Both the position numbers and the translations under genes were made by a program. The notes below the pieces were generated by a model. It was not told the origin of the DNA, ran no database searches, and saw nothing but the letters and a program-made list of their open reading frames with translations. Of a stretch of DNA of 64,000 nucleotides, positions 1-13,039 are shown one piece after another (the stretch's first letter is position 1; every line of letters starts with the position of its first letter). Source of the DNA: Eledone cirrhosa (Eukaryota); contig OZ024759.1 in assembly GCA_964016885.1 (NCBI GenBank), forward strand, positions 16,182,001-16,246,000. Reading direction: 5' to 3'.

Positions 1-2355
1 GCACGGAAATGTTGTCAAACAGACCTGCCCGAGATGCGAGTAGAACGACGAAACCGTTCTGCACGCACTCCTCCAGTGTCCGTGCATTACTGAACTTGTA
101 GAGTTATGTCGAACAGCTGTTGTCGCGTGTAGAACGGATCCAGCTATCGGCTGAGTCCATCGGGAAGATCGACCCGCCGCCATCTTTTGGCCAGGAAGGA
201 AGGGCAGGCAAATTTCCTCCGTCTGGTGGCAGTAGCTAAAGAGGATGTATGGTGGACCAGGTTGAAAAGACTTGACGACAGACACTTTTCTCTTCGGCCA
301 ATCCCTCATCAACTTTTTCGAATTTCACTTGGAAAGAAAGGTGAGGGTGGAGAAAGAAGTGCTTGTGCCAAAAGTAGAAACAATTATTTCGAGATAAACT
401 CTACAGGCAAGGAAATGTTGTCAAACAGACCTGCCCGAGATGCGAGTAGAACGACGAAACCGTTCTGCACGCACTCCTCCAGTGTCCGTGCATTACTGAA
501 CTTGTAGAGTTATGTCGAACAGCTGTTGTCGCGTGTAGAACGGATCCAGCTATCGGCTGAGTCCATCGGGAAGATCGACCCGCCGCCATCTTTTGGCCAG
601 GAAGGGTAAGGCAGGCAAATTTCCTCCGTCTGGTGGCAGTAGCTAAAGAGAATGTATGGTGGACCAGGTTGAAAAGACTTGACGACAGACACTTTTCTCT
701 TCGGCCAATCCCTCATCAACTTTTTCGAATTTCACTTGGAAAGAAAGGTGAGGGTGGAGAAAGAAGTGCTTGTGCCAAAAGTAGAAACAATTATTTCGAG
801 ATAAACTCTACAGGCATGGAAATGTTGTCAAACAGACCTGCCCGAGATGCGAGTAGAACGACGAAACCGTTCTGCACGCACTCCTCCAGTGTCCGTGCAT
901 TACTGAACTTGTAGAGTTATGTCGAACAGCTGTTGTCGCGTGTAGAACGGATCCAGCTATCGGCTGAGTCCATCGGGAAGATCGACCCGCCGCCATCTTT
1001 TGGCCAGGAAGGAAGGGCAGGCAAATTTCCTCCGTCTGGTGGCAGTAGCTAAAGAGAATGTATGGTGGACCAGGTTGAAAAGACTTGACGACAGACACTT
1101 TTCTCTTCGGCCAATCCCTCATCAACTTTTTCGAATTTCACTTGGAAAGAAAGGTGAGGGTGGAGAAAGAAGTGCTTGTGCCAAAAGTAGAAACAATTAT
1201 TTCGAGATAAACTCTACAGGCAAGGAAATGTTGTCAAACAGACCTGCCCGAGATGCGAGTAGAACGACGAAACCGTTCTGCACGCACTCCTCCAGTGTCC
1301 GTGCATTACTGAACTTGTAGAGTTATGTCGAACAGCTGTTGTCGCGTGTAGAACGGATCCAGCTATCGGCTGAGTCCATAGTGAAGATCGACCCGCCGCT
1401 ATCTTTTGGCCAGGAAGGGTAAGGCAGGCAAATTTCCTCCGTCTGGTGGCAGTAGCTAAAGAGAATGTATGGTGGACCAGGTTGAAAAGACTTGACGACA
1501 GACACTTTTCTCTTCGGCCAATCCCTCATCAACTTTTTCGAATTTCACTTGGAAAGAAAGGTGAGGGTGGAGAAAGAAGTGCTTGTGCCAAAAGTAGAAA
1601 CAATTATTTCGAGATAAACTCTACAGGCATGGAAATGTTGTCAAACAGACCTGCCCGAGATGCGAGTAGAACGACGAAACCGTTCTGCACGCACTCCTCC
1701 AGTGTCCGTGCATTACTGAACTTGTAGAGTTATGTCGAACAGCTGTTGTCGCGTGTAGAACGGATTCAGCTATCGGCTGAGTCCATCGGGAAGATCGACC
1801 CGCCGCCATCTTTTGGCCAGGCAGGAAGGGCAGGCAAATTTCCTCCGTCTGGTGGCAGTAGCTAAAGGGGATGTATGGTGGACCAGGTTGAAAAGACTTG
1901 ACGACAGACACTTTTCTCTTCGGCCAATCCCTCATCAACTTTTTCGAATTTCACTTGGAAAGAAAGGTGAGGGTGGAGAGAGAAGTGCTTGTGCCAAAAG
2001 TAAAAACAATTATTTCGAGATAAACTCTACAGGCACGGAAATGTTGTCAAACAGACCTGCCCGAGATGCGAGTAGAACGACGAAACCGTTCTGCACGCAC
2101 TCCTCCAGTGTCCGTGCATTACTGGACTTGTAGAGTTATGTCGAACAATCCATAGGGAAGATCGACCCGCCGCCATCTTTTGGCCAGGAAGGAAGGGCAG
2201 GCAAATTTCCTCCGTCTGGTGGCAGTAGCTAAAGAGGATGTATGGTGGACCAGGTTGAAAAGACTTGACGACAGACACTTTTCTCTTCGGCCAATCCCTC
2301 ATCAACTTTTTCGAATTTCACTTGGAAAGAAAGGTGAGGGTGGAGAGAGAAGTGT
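1..2355. repeat. ~406/407-bp tandem array (~5.8 units) with 813-bp dimeric higher-order structure
   Basis: Near-identical units; ORF copies recur at 187/1000/1813 and 633/1446 (period 813); GGAAGGGC and GGGTAAGGC variants alternate; last unit has a ~40-bp deletion. Confidence 0.97.
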
Positions 2356-2921
2356 ACCACAAAAATTGTGAAATGTCACCTTTGAAAATTAAATGCAAAT
2401 TAATTCGCCTGTCACAGTTGTGACAGAGCGAGTGGATAGTGGGTGTGGAGGGGGGGGGGGGGGTCTTTGGGGTAAGAACTACCGTCAAGCAAGTGATTCA
2501 GCCCTTGATTTCTCCTAACACTCTGCAGAAGTCGGGTCCACCTTCTCTAACCCTGACCCAACCCGGCTAAGACTCCCAGTACATTTACTGAAAGGTGGGT
2601 GAATGTGGCGAGAATGGCTCGTGTGATTGGGCCTATGATCCGATCATCTGCCTGTAGGCTGGTGAATTTGAGGAGGAGAGGGGTGCCCTTCCCGTGTGCC
2701 TCCGAAGCGTCGGGTGGTTCGGGATTGGTGGGGTCCCTGAATCAACCCTGGGTGGTTATCCCTCCTATTGGGGAATTTTCATTGTTGTTTTTCCTGTTTA
2801 TTTTTATTGTTTTCCTATTTTTTACTCGATTTTTATGTAAACCCCCCCCCCCCCACTGTCTCCGTCTATTGTAGTGTCCCCTATATGTCAGGCCTTGTGG
2901 CCAATAAATGAAACGATTTTT

Positions 2922-2967
<46 letters not shown>

Positions 2968-3480
2968 TGCTGCTGTTGCTGCAACTGTTTTTGTTTTTGT
3001 TGTTAGTGTTGCTGCTGCTGCAATTGTTGTTATTGTTGCTGCTGCTGCTGCTGCTGCTGCTGCAATTGTTTTTGTTGTTGTTGCTGTTGCAATTGTTTTT
3101 TTTTATTGTTGCTGTTGCTGCTGCTGATGTTGCTATTGCTTCTGCTGTTGTTGTTGTTGAGGTTGTAATTAAATTTTGTCATAAAAGTTTAAATTAAATC
3201 GATAATTTACTCCTCTTCTTCCTCACCCTCACACCATCTCTCCTCTTTCCTCCTCTCTATATCTCCCTTTCTCTCTCCCTCTTTCCCTCTTTCCTCCTCT
3301 CTCCTCATCTCTATTCCTCTCTCTCTCTCTCTGACCCTCACTCATCTCTCCCCCTCGCTCTCTCGCCCTCCATCCCTCTCACCTCTCTCCCCCTCTCTCT
3401 CCCTCTCTGACTCTCTCCTCTCTCCTCCCTCTTACCTGACTCTCCCCCTCCCTCTCTCTCTCTCTCTCTCTCTCTATTCT
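2922..3480. repeat. (GTT/GCT)n triplet tract followed by CT-rich low-complexity tract
   Basis: Read directly; explains the poly-V/L and poly-Q/N ORFs. Confidence 0.95.
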
Positions 3481-3676
3481 TCTTTGCTTCATGAATCGTT
3501 CACAAATGCAATAAACACGTCAGCGTGTTTATTGCATTTTCTGCATCAAAGTGCAACAAGATGCACCAGACTGCACTTACAGAGAACAACATACTAGTTT
3601 CGAGCACAACTAACAACTTCACTGGCAGCTTTGCATATTTACACATTCTAGTGCACATGTTCTTAAGTGAATACAT

Positions 3677-3790
<114 letters not shown>

Positions 3791-3816
3791 ACGTCTTTGA
3801 AAAGCTGTATGTCTGC

Positions 3817-3863
<47 letters not shown>

Positions 3864-4023
3864 GTGATTCCCGAGAGCTGGATATATTTATGTGTATGCG
3901 TGTCTGTGTGTGTGTGCGCGTGTATGTTGATATATATATAGACATATATACATATATATACACATATACATATATATATACATATATATATATATGCACA
4001 TATATGTAAATATTATATATATA

Positions 4024-4093
<70 letters not shown>

Positions 4094-4300
4094 GATGTTT
4101 TTTTTACAAAATGTTTTTTTTACAAAATATATATATCATCATCACGGTAAAACGTTGATGATGATATATATATATATTAGAAAATTATGTTTGTTTTACA
4201 AAATAAAAAAAAAACGAGATGTCCTACACGAATGAAAGTATAAGGAAAAAAGATGAAATCGAAAATGCAACTGGAGTCTTTTTTTTATATTTATTTGGTT

Positions 4301-4337
4301 CCTTTACCGGTTTCGCAGTTCTTGTGCTTTTCAAAGG
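4301..4337 (-). ncRNA. Minimal type I hammerhead ribozyme, U3-A8 core variant
   Basis: Minus strand CCT-TTGAAAA-GCA(caagaac)TGC-GAAACCGGTA-AAGG; palindromic stem III ACCGGT; AATAAA downstream. Confidence 0.6.
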
Positions 4338-4454
4338 TAGAATTGAGATGGAGGGTTTGTGGTTTTTCTCGCATCTGGTTGGTGTTCGAATGTTACTTCT
4401 GTTTTATATGGAAAAAAGTAGCTCGAAATTGTTTTTTCATATATGAGTGAAATT

Positions 4455-4630
4455 TGGTTGGCTGATGCAGTCACGTGAATAAGCACATCAACTTTCGCGC
4501 CAGTTTGTGTTTGAATTTCTTTTTACTTTAAAAAAAATGGCTCAAGAAGGATTTTTTTATAGATGTAATTTGATTGGTTATAAATGAAATTATGACTGTC
4601 ACGTGAACAAGTACATTAAATTACGCGCCC
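4455..4630. promoter_or_regulatory. Duplicated CCAAT-like / GTCACGTGA E-box / E2F-like module
   Basis: TTGG..GTCACGTGAA..TTTCGCGCC, then ATTGG..GTCACGTGAA..TTACGCGCC, in the same order. Confidence 0.4.
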
Positions 4631-5346
4631 ATATTTGGGAATTTTTTTGTAGCCATTTAGAGAATTTTGTGCCAAACAAAAGATAATGTTCTGGTTCAGT
4701 GAGTATGGCTGATGTGCTAGGGGTGTCAAAATTCAGACTTTCTATTGAAATAAAGTAGAGATATGTATTTTTATTTGTGTGCTCGTGTGTGTGTGTGTAG
4801 GAAGATGATTCTATTAGTAGAAATGAGGGAGGGAGTTATGTGTGTGTGTGTATAGGTGTTATATGTGTGTGTGGGAGTATGGTTAGCATGTTAAGATGGA
4901 GAGAATATATATTTTTCCGTCTCTCTTCTTTTTCTTATATATATATATAAGAAAAAGAAGAGAGACGGAATCACATATTCAATATCATTTTCTTCCATTA
5001 CATTATCCTGTTATGCATATTTCAAAGGTACAGAAAGGTCGTTGTTCAAGAATTATTCAATGCGTTTTCGTCAAACAGTATGTTTGTATGTAAGTAAAAA
5101 TAGTTTTATTTTTATTTTCAATATGTCAGCCATGTAAGACATGTTTACATCTCAATGTTCGGCAAGCCTATATAGGTATGACGTAATGGAATAAAATGAT
5201 GTTGAATATGTGATACCAACCCTCTTCGTTTTCTTAATATTGATACTCCATATACGTAATAGTTTGTGGCATCCATGGCATCGAATGCTTACGCTATCTT
5301 TGGTTGATTGATTTGATCAACCAACACTGATTATCATAGTATATAT

Positions 5347-5385
<39 letters not shown>

Positions 5386-5418
5386 GTTTAACGTCCATCT
5401 TCCACGCTTGTATGGGTT

Positions 5419-5455
<37 letters not shown>

Positions 5456-5507
5456 CATCATCATCATTATCATCGTTTAACGTCCATCTTCCACGCTTGC
5501 ATGGGTT

Positions 5508-5539
<32 letters not shown>

Positions 5540-5591
5540 ATCATCATCATCATCATCATCATCGTTTAACGTCCATCTTCCACGCTTGCAT

Positions 5592-5629
<38 letters not shown>

Positions 5630-5631
<2 letters not shown>

Positions 5632-6600
5632 TCATCATCATCAGCAGCAGCATCATTTAACGTCCATCTTCTACGCTTGCATGGGTTTGGATGGGAATTT
5701 TCCCACTTGAGGCAAGATTGGTTGTCTTGCTCGTATAGGACTGTCTGGCGGGTTTTCTACGGCTGGATGCCCTTCCTAACACCAACCACGTTTACAGTGT
5801 GGACTGGGAGGGTTTTACCGTGTTACCTACACGCCCACATTACAGCGTGGACAGTGTTTTTTTTGTCGTGACACCTACACGACCTCATTTATTTCGGACT
5901 GGATGTTGTGGTACCAACATAACTTTACACCGAAAGGGGTGGGGGTAGTAGGACGGGGGTGTATTTTTGTTAAGAGGTGCCTACTGACTGTAGGTTTCGC
6001 TTTGTACTTAGGCAAGGCGGGTCTTCTGTATTACTGCATAGCGCCAAAAATCTCGGTCCAGTGACATTGTCTTGGAGAGGTGTAAGTGTGTGAGGTCGGA
6101 ATTTATCAAGTCGTCCCAGGTTTTTCTGGGTCTGCCTACTATCGCCCTGCACTTTTTTATACAGCTGTCGTCTTTCATGCGCATCACGTGACCGTACCAA
6201 CATAGTCTTCTCTCGAGTAAACAATATTTGATCCCTCTTATTCCTAATTTCTCCCTTAGTTCATTTATGCTTTGCCGTTCACGTATATTACTATTACACA
6301 TCCAACGGAGCATGCAAGCTTTGTTCCTCTCCAGTCTGCATATATCCTCTGCACACAATGCCCAAGTCTCACTGCCATGTAACATTGCTGTTCGTATGCA
6401 GGCATCATACAGCCTGCCTTTCATTTTTAGAGAGAACCCTTTAGCGGCCAATAGTGGTATAAGCTCTCTGAACTTTTTCCATCCTGTTCTGACTCTAGCT
6501 ACTGTACTTTCAGAGCACCTGCCACCACTGCTGATTTTTTCACCCAGGTAGCGGAAGGTGTCCACTATTTCTATAGAACCATCTGTGCAATGGAATAAGC
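5630..6600 (-). mobile_element. 5'-truncated RTE-clade LINE (family A) with long 3' region and (GAT)n tail
   Basis: ORF 6008-6667 has RT C-terminal motifs FRYLG, LHGSETW, RLCWYGHVMR, GRPRKTW; tail ATGGACGTTAAA(TGA)n. Confidence 0.92.
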
Positions 6601-8005
6601 TAGTATTCTGTGGCCACTTGCTGCTACTTATTGCACCTGAGCACCGGCCACATACACACACACACACTTTACATTCTATTCAACTCCAATTATTTGTTTG
6701 TTTGTTTTTGTTTTTTTTCTTATATCTTTATTCAATTCTTTTTTTGTTATATCTTTATTCAATGCAGGAAAAAATTCAGGGGGGGTGGGGGGGGGGGGGT
6801 ATGAGGTTAAATCGATCCCAGTGCATTACTGTTGTTTTACTTTATTGAAACCATAAGGATAAAAGGCAAAACTAACCTCGGTGGGATTTGAACTCAGAGT
6901 ACGTAAAGGTACGTAAGTCTATGTCGCGAGCATGTCGTTTGACGCTCTACCAATTCTGCCAATCAACAATGATAATGGTTTCTAATTCATATATAGTGGA
7001 CCAAGAAATTGTGAGGGGAGGTAGTGATAAAAATGAAGCTCCAGTCAAGTTCTGGGTCAATATATTCGATTATATGCTTCACCACAGTATACACACAGAC
7101 AGATACATTTGGCACATAGAAAAGAGAAAATTAATTAATCCTCTATCGTTTTCATTGATGAGTATTTCAGTTGTTAAATTAACATAATTACTCATTAAAT
7201 TAACATAAATGTGGAAGAGTATTCCACAGACATGTGAATCTTTTACGTAATTCCACACACAAATTCCATTGAAGATACACAACCGGAAAACACCTGTCAA
7301 AAGAAATAATATACAGAATAAATGTAGAATCAGCTGACAATACATTTAAAGCTAGGTTCAAACAGCAATTTAATTTGTTTAGATTCAGAAACGTGTGTAA
7401 TGTTACATTCTTTCCTAAATATATTTGGCTTTTGGAAGACCAAGACAAGAAAACAACTCTGCGCATTCATATTCCACTTCATTCTTTATGTGGCTATGCA
7501 TGTATGGATCCATAACTCCCAAGGGAGTTGTTGAAGTGCTATATAGACATATGACGTTTCTAGGGCATCTTTTAAACCTGGCAGAGCCCATATCTTCTTT
7601 ATATCTGAATGTAGTAGATTTCTTCCAGTATTAAACTGCTACTTTTTTTTTATCCACCTCGAATGGATGAAAGATAAAGTTAACCTCAGTGGGATTTGAA
7701 CTCAGAGAACAGTGCTGATAAGTGTAAATAGCATACATTAATGTGGAGCTGCTATATGCAATTGTGGTCGACTTAGCAAAGTCTCTGTGCTTTGCGTTCA
7801 AATCCTGCTGAAATCCGTTTTGCTTCTAATCTTTTCATGACTGATTAAATTGGAGCAGCCTTCTCAACACTCACTCTTCAATCTTCCTTCACCCATCATT
7901 TACCATTATTTTTACCATTGTTTTTACCATTATCTTCCCGTCACAATGAAATATTCAGTCGCTGGCCAATGTACATGGAATAATGATCACTTGAACCGTT
8001 CCTCT

Positions 8006-8113
8006 TCATTTCTTCTTTGATATGTTCATAGATTGGTTCTGTATGGTAAAGATATCGTTTATTTTGTTGATTAAGTGGTTTTCTTGTTCCCGGATTTGAA
8101 TGGCAATGTCCTC
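8006..8113 (-). CDS. CABCOCO1: CABCOCO1-like gene, last coding exon (EDIAIQIREQENHLINKINDIFTIQNQSMNISKKK*)
   Basis: Polypyrimidine..ttacag acceptor, phase 0, TGA at 8006-8008; resembles the coiled-coil C-terminus. Confidence 0.8.
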   Translation of the reverse strand, partial: EDIAIQIREQENHLINKINDIFTIQNQSMNISKKK

Positions 8114-8224
8114 CTGTAACAGCGGTTAGGCAGCAGAAAAGAAGGAGAAAACATGTGTATGTTTAGAGACAATCATGGTGATGGGGATGTTAATAATAAA
8201 AATAAATAGTAAGATGAAGAGTGA

Positions 8225-8570
8225 AAGAAAGAAAGACAGACAGAGAATCAGACAGACAAACAGACAGAATCTATCAGATATACAGAGAATTAGACTGAGG
8301 ATCAATCAGACAAACAGACAGACAGAGAATCAAGCAGACAGACAAAGAATCAGACAGACAGACAGACAGACAGATATACAGAGAATTAGACAAAGAATCA
8401 AACAGACAGACAGAGGATTGTGCAGACAGAAAATCAGACAGACAGACAAACAGAGAATCAGGCAGAGGGAAAACCAGACTAACAGACAGACAGATAGACA
8501 GACAGATAGATGGAGAATGAGACAGGTAGAGAATGAGACAGACAGACAGAGAATCATACAAAGAAAATAA
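8225..8570. repeat. (GACA)n/GAGAATCA minisatellite in intron
   Basis: Read directly. Confidence 0.9.
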
Positions 8571-8608
8571 TGAGATGAGAAGCTGTGATGTAATATAGTC
8601 CAATTTAC

Positions 8609-8731
8609 CTGTACATTTGCTAGAAGTTCATTTGCTACACTCTGGAATATCTCCTCCACATCTTCCTTGGTGACAGTGTGCAGGAAACTCATATCAGTTC
8701 CAACAGGAAATGTTACTTCTATGGGGCACTG
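8609..8731 (-). CDS. CABCOCO1: CABCOCO1-like exon (QCPIEVTFPVGTDMSFLHTVTKEDVEEIFQSVANELLANVQ)
   Basis: CAGCAG acceptor, CAG|GTAAAT donor, 123 nt, phase 0-0; resembles the recalled vertebrate motif TIEDVKSVLDQVTDDIL. Confidence 0.85.
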
Positions 8732-8743
8732 CTGGTTAAAAAT

Positions 8744-8778
<35 letters not shown>

Positions 8779-9086
8779 TTTATTAAGGCTAAATAGTGAG
8801 TCTTATTACTCTGAAGTTTTGCCTGTTTATCACAAGGTCATCAGACTCTGTAATAAACAGGCAAAACTCCAGAGTAACAAGACTCAATATTTAGCCTTAA
8901 TAAAATGAATATTAAATGAAGTTGGTGTTAAGAAGGGCATCCAGCTGTAAAAAAACCTGCCAGAGACACTTCCGTACCAGCGAGACATGGTCTCGCAACC
9001 ATTCTCACATCAAATGGAACAAAAACGTCTAACCCATGCTAGCGTGGAAGATGGACATTAAACAATGATGATGATGATGATAATGA

Positions 9087-9175
<89 letters not shown>

Positions 9176-10585
9176 TATATATGTATATATATATATATAT
9201 GTATATATATATAACCACACTGTAAATGTGGTTGGTGTTAGGAAGGGCATCCAGCTGTAGAAAACCTGCCACAGACATTTCCGTACGAGCGAGACACGGC
9301 CTCGCGACCACTCCCACACCAAATGGAACAAAACCATCTAACCCATGCTAACATGGAAGATGGACATTAAATGATGATGATGAGGATGATGATGATATAT
9401 ATATAATATAAATAAAGTTTCATACACTTAACAATGTATGTGTGACCATTGGTTTCAGGGTCCAGTTATGGCCATCACTGTATATTGGAAGAGGCTCTTC
9501 CAAACTGACCCCTTTTATTTATTTATCCTGGTGCTTAATGAGGGGTCAGTTTGTAAAAAGCCTCCTCCAATATACAGTGGTGGCCATAACTGGACCCCAA
9601 AACCAATGGTCACACATACATGTTACATGCATGAAACTTTATTTGTACTAAATAAGCTCCCTTACAATAGATTGAGCATTGTTTTCCTTGATTTTTTATA
9701 TACAGATATCCTGTATATATCTAATCTAATCTAATCTGGCCGAGTTTTCACTCACAAATAAGAAGAACCAGGGCCGCCCCTAGGAGCATTGGATTTGGTG
9801 TACTTCATATTTGTTTCAGTTGCTGAATACAATCAGGGGTCGCTGCTTCTCCAGATGGTCAACAGTTCTCTTCTAACTCGAGTGGGAGCGCCTTTCCATC
9901 GTTAATTTGCATTGATCATCTGCAAAGCCGCATTGTTCTCAGAACCACTACACCAGTCTTTGATGCGTGCAGCTGGAACTACTGCCACCCATTGATTTGG
10001 CTGGATCGCAACTCATTTCTACAGCTGCATATATATATATATATGTATATATTTATTAAAATAACAGATTAAAGTTTAAGCAAAGAATCGCTGCTTTCAC
10101 CCTTAACGGGATCTTCTGAAACTAACAAAGTCAATCTGTAAACGCAGAACTGGATATTTCAAAAAACGTTGCAACCGGAGGAAGACAGGAAGACGATACT
10201 TTGGTTCGTGGTAACGTTCGCTGGCAAAGAACGGGAAAAAACGAATAATACGTCATTAATAGGAGCGGTGAAAAACAATTACACGCAAAGACATTTTGCT
10301 CTACGGTTCTTATATATTTGATATATATTTTCCTTATCGAGCCCTCTTTGGATTTTAGTCTTCAATTTTATTATTATTACTATATATATATATATATATC
10401 ATGCAAGCGTGGAAGATGGACGTTAAACGATGATGATGATATATATATATATATACATATATATGTATAGGAATTTCATATTTCAGAAGAAATCCGGTGT
10501 TTAAAATAAACATTTAGAGAGCCTTAAGTTATGCCAAAACACCAGCGACTAACACCATCTGGTGGTGTCCAGCAGAAGCAAAGGA

Positions 10586-10619
10586 GATGCGCATTTCAAA
10601 CTGAACTGGTTCTCATCAG
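10586..10619 (-). ncRNA. Minimal hammerhead core in a TA-flanked element (~10470-10790)
   Basis: CTGATGA-GAAC(cagttca)GTTT-GAAATGCGCATC; palindromic stem III ATGCGCAT; no stem I seen. Confidence 0.55.
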
Positions 10620-11148
10620 CACGGTCCCTCCCGCTCTTGCAACTGCTGGACTTTGAAAACAGGCGAGAATATAGGGTTTTCTCGTCTGTGTAAATGAGGT
10701 AATTAATTTCATTTGCAAATGAAGCTGTATAAGTTGGCTCAACTTATATTAGAATAGAACTATAATTTAGCTTCAGGCATAGTTGTATACAGATATACAT
10801 TATATATACACGTATTATTGACGGAAGTGAGAATGAGTACTCAATACCAAAGTAGAGTTTAAATATTCTTTATTAAGGCTAAATGGTGAGTCTTGTTACT
10901 CTGGAGTTTTATCTGTGCATTCACAGAATCAGTAGATAAAAAGGGCCCCCCAGAAGTCATGACATGGATGTGGCCTGGCCTGCTTTATGTGGGGAATAGG
11001 GCACTTCTTCTTTGAAGACCTTTTGCTGTCTAGCTCAACTGAGAGTTTCTTATTTTTAAACATTATGGCAGCAAAAGAATTAATTTTAGGTCACGCTCTT
11101 AATTTTCAAGTGATGGTAATTTAAAGTAAATGAAATGTTCTTATTTAC

Positions 11149-11280
11149 CTCAGCTACTGCACTGTCTAACTCAGTTTCTGGAGGAAGATCAATGTAGTTG
11201 AGATAGGAGTCTTCCAGAACACCTTCAATTAATGGGGGTGCAAAACAAGGGCCCAGTCCAATACTAGGTAAAATTTTTAA
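11149..11280 (-). CDS. CABCOCO1: CABCOCO1-like exon (LKILPSIGLGPCFAPPLIEGVLEDSYLNYIDLPPETELDSAVAE)
   Basis: ttttacag acceptor, GAG|GTAAAT donor, 132 nt, phase 0-0; P-x-P-L-x-E-G motif. Confidence 0.88.
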
Positions 11281-11399
11281 CTGTAAAATATTTTAAGGCA
11301 AAAAGAAAAGTGAACTCATCAAAATCTCAGAACGAATGAAGCATCTTTTATTTTGTTTAGTTATTTTTTGCCATGCTATACCATGTCATGGGCTCAAAG

Positions 11400-11785
11400 C
11401 TCCTAACAGTCTTCTCCAACATCATTCTGCATTCATTTCCATAATACCTCTCATTTTCATCCGTCTTCAACACATGACCCAACCATCTCAGTCCATTTCA
11501 CTTCACAACATTCATCACTGGCTCCATTCCCATCACTCCTCACACCCACGCACTTTCATCCTTCCTCAACACATGACCCAACCATCTCAGTCCATTTCTC
11601 TTCACAACATTCATCACTGGCTCCATTCCCATCACTCCTCACACCCACGCACTTTCATCCTTCCTCAACACATGACCCAACCATCTCAGTCCATTTCTCT
11701 TCACAACATTCATCACTGGCTCCATTTCCATCACTCCTCACACCCACACACTTTCATCCTTCCTCAACACATGACCCAGCCATTC
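11400..11785 (-). repeat. 99-bp tandem array (~3.3 units) derived from a LINE RT C-terminal fragment
   Basis: Units start at 11471/11570/11669/11768; minus strand reads LRWLGHVLRKDE. Confidence 0.85.
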
Positions 11786-12004
11786 CATTCCATTGAATTA
11801 GTAACTTTCACTATATTTTTTTTAATACAGAAAATAGTCTAATAACAAGAGGATGTATAAACCCCAAGAATGGAAAAAAGTGGGTATCTGCATGGGAATC
11901 TAAGTGTTGGGTTCAATTCTCATGCATGCTGATGCCCATATTTTACCATTCTTTGGAGTTTGTACACAGTTTTAGACTGTTTTATTATTAGACTATTTTC
12001 TAGT

Positions 12005-12873
12005 TGGTGGATTGGCAGTATCAGTAGAGCTTCGAACAACATGATTTGTGACATATAGTTACGTCCATTTACATTTTAAGTTAGCTTTGCCTTTCACCCT
12101 TACAGGATCAATAAAAAATAAAGTACCAGTAATGTACTGAGGTTCATTTAATTGACTTTCACCTCCCACAAAATTGTTGGCCTTGTGCCTAAATAAGAAG
12201 CCATTATTATTATTTTGGCAGTATCGGTAGAGTGTCAAACACCATGCTTTGCAGTATAGAGTTATGGTCCTTTATGTTCTGAGTTCAAATCCCACCGAGG
12301 TTAACTTTGCCTTTCATCCTTACGGGGTCGATAAAATAAAGTACCAGTAATACACTGGAGTAATTGCTGGCCTTGTGCCAAAAGTTGAAACAATTATTAT
12401 TATTATTATTATGGCAGTATCGGTAGAGGGTCGGACACCAGGCTTAGCAGCAAAGAGTTATGGTCTGAGTTCAAATCCCGCCAAGGTTAATTTTGCCTTT
12501 CATCCTTACGGGGTCGATAAAATAAAGTACCAGTAATGTACAGGGTAATTGCTGGCCTTGTGCCAAAAGTAGAAACAATTATTATTTAACTTTGCCTTTC
12601 ATCCTTACGGGGTCGATAAAATAAAGTACCAGTAATGTACTGGGTAATTGCTGGCCTTGTGCCAATAGTAGAAACAATTATTATTATTATTATTATAATT
12701 ATTATAGTTACAGCCTTTTACGGTCTGAGTTTGAATCCTGCCCAGGTTTGCTTTTTCTTTCATCCTTACGGGATCAATAAAAATAAAGTACCAGTAATGT
12801 ACTGGTGTTGATTTAATCGACTTTCACCTCCCACAAAATTGTTGGCCTTGTGCCTAGATCAAAAACCATTATT
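12005..12873 (+). mobile_element. Head-to-tail cluster of ~5 copies of tRNA-derived SINE family 1
   Basis: TGGCAGTATCGGTAG (A-box-like), GAGTTCAAATCCC (B-box), GCCTTTCATCCTTACGGGGTCGATAAAATAAAGTACC, (TTA)n tails. Confidence 0.9.
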
Positions 12874-13039
12874 AGACACTATACTGTAATAAAAAATATG
12901 GTGAAAATTACTAATTCAATTCCATTTTTACAAATTCTTCTGTTTTCAGATATTTTCTGTAAAATTACTGCAGGATGTAAAGACTTAATGACAAAACTAT
13001 TAGGCTGAACAGAAAGCTCTCACCATTTTTTTTATTATT

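Noticed and set aside
180-200. ATCTTTTGG as the Sm site of an snRNA or SL RNA array
   Set aside because: No recognisable snRNA sequence or leader donor in the unit
187-2371. Repeated 60-106 aa ORFs as genes
   Set aside because: By-products of the tandem array; many use non-ATG starts and frames differ between units
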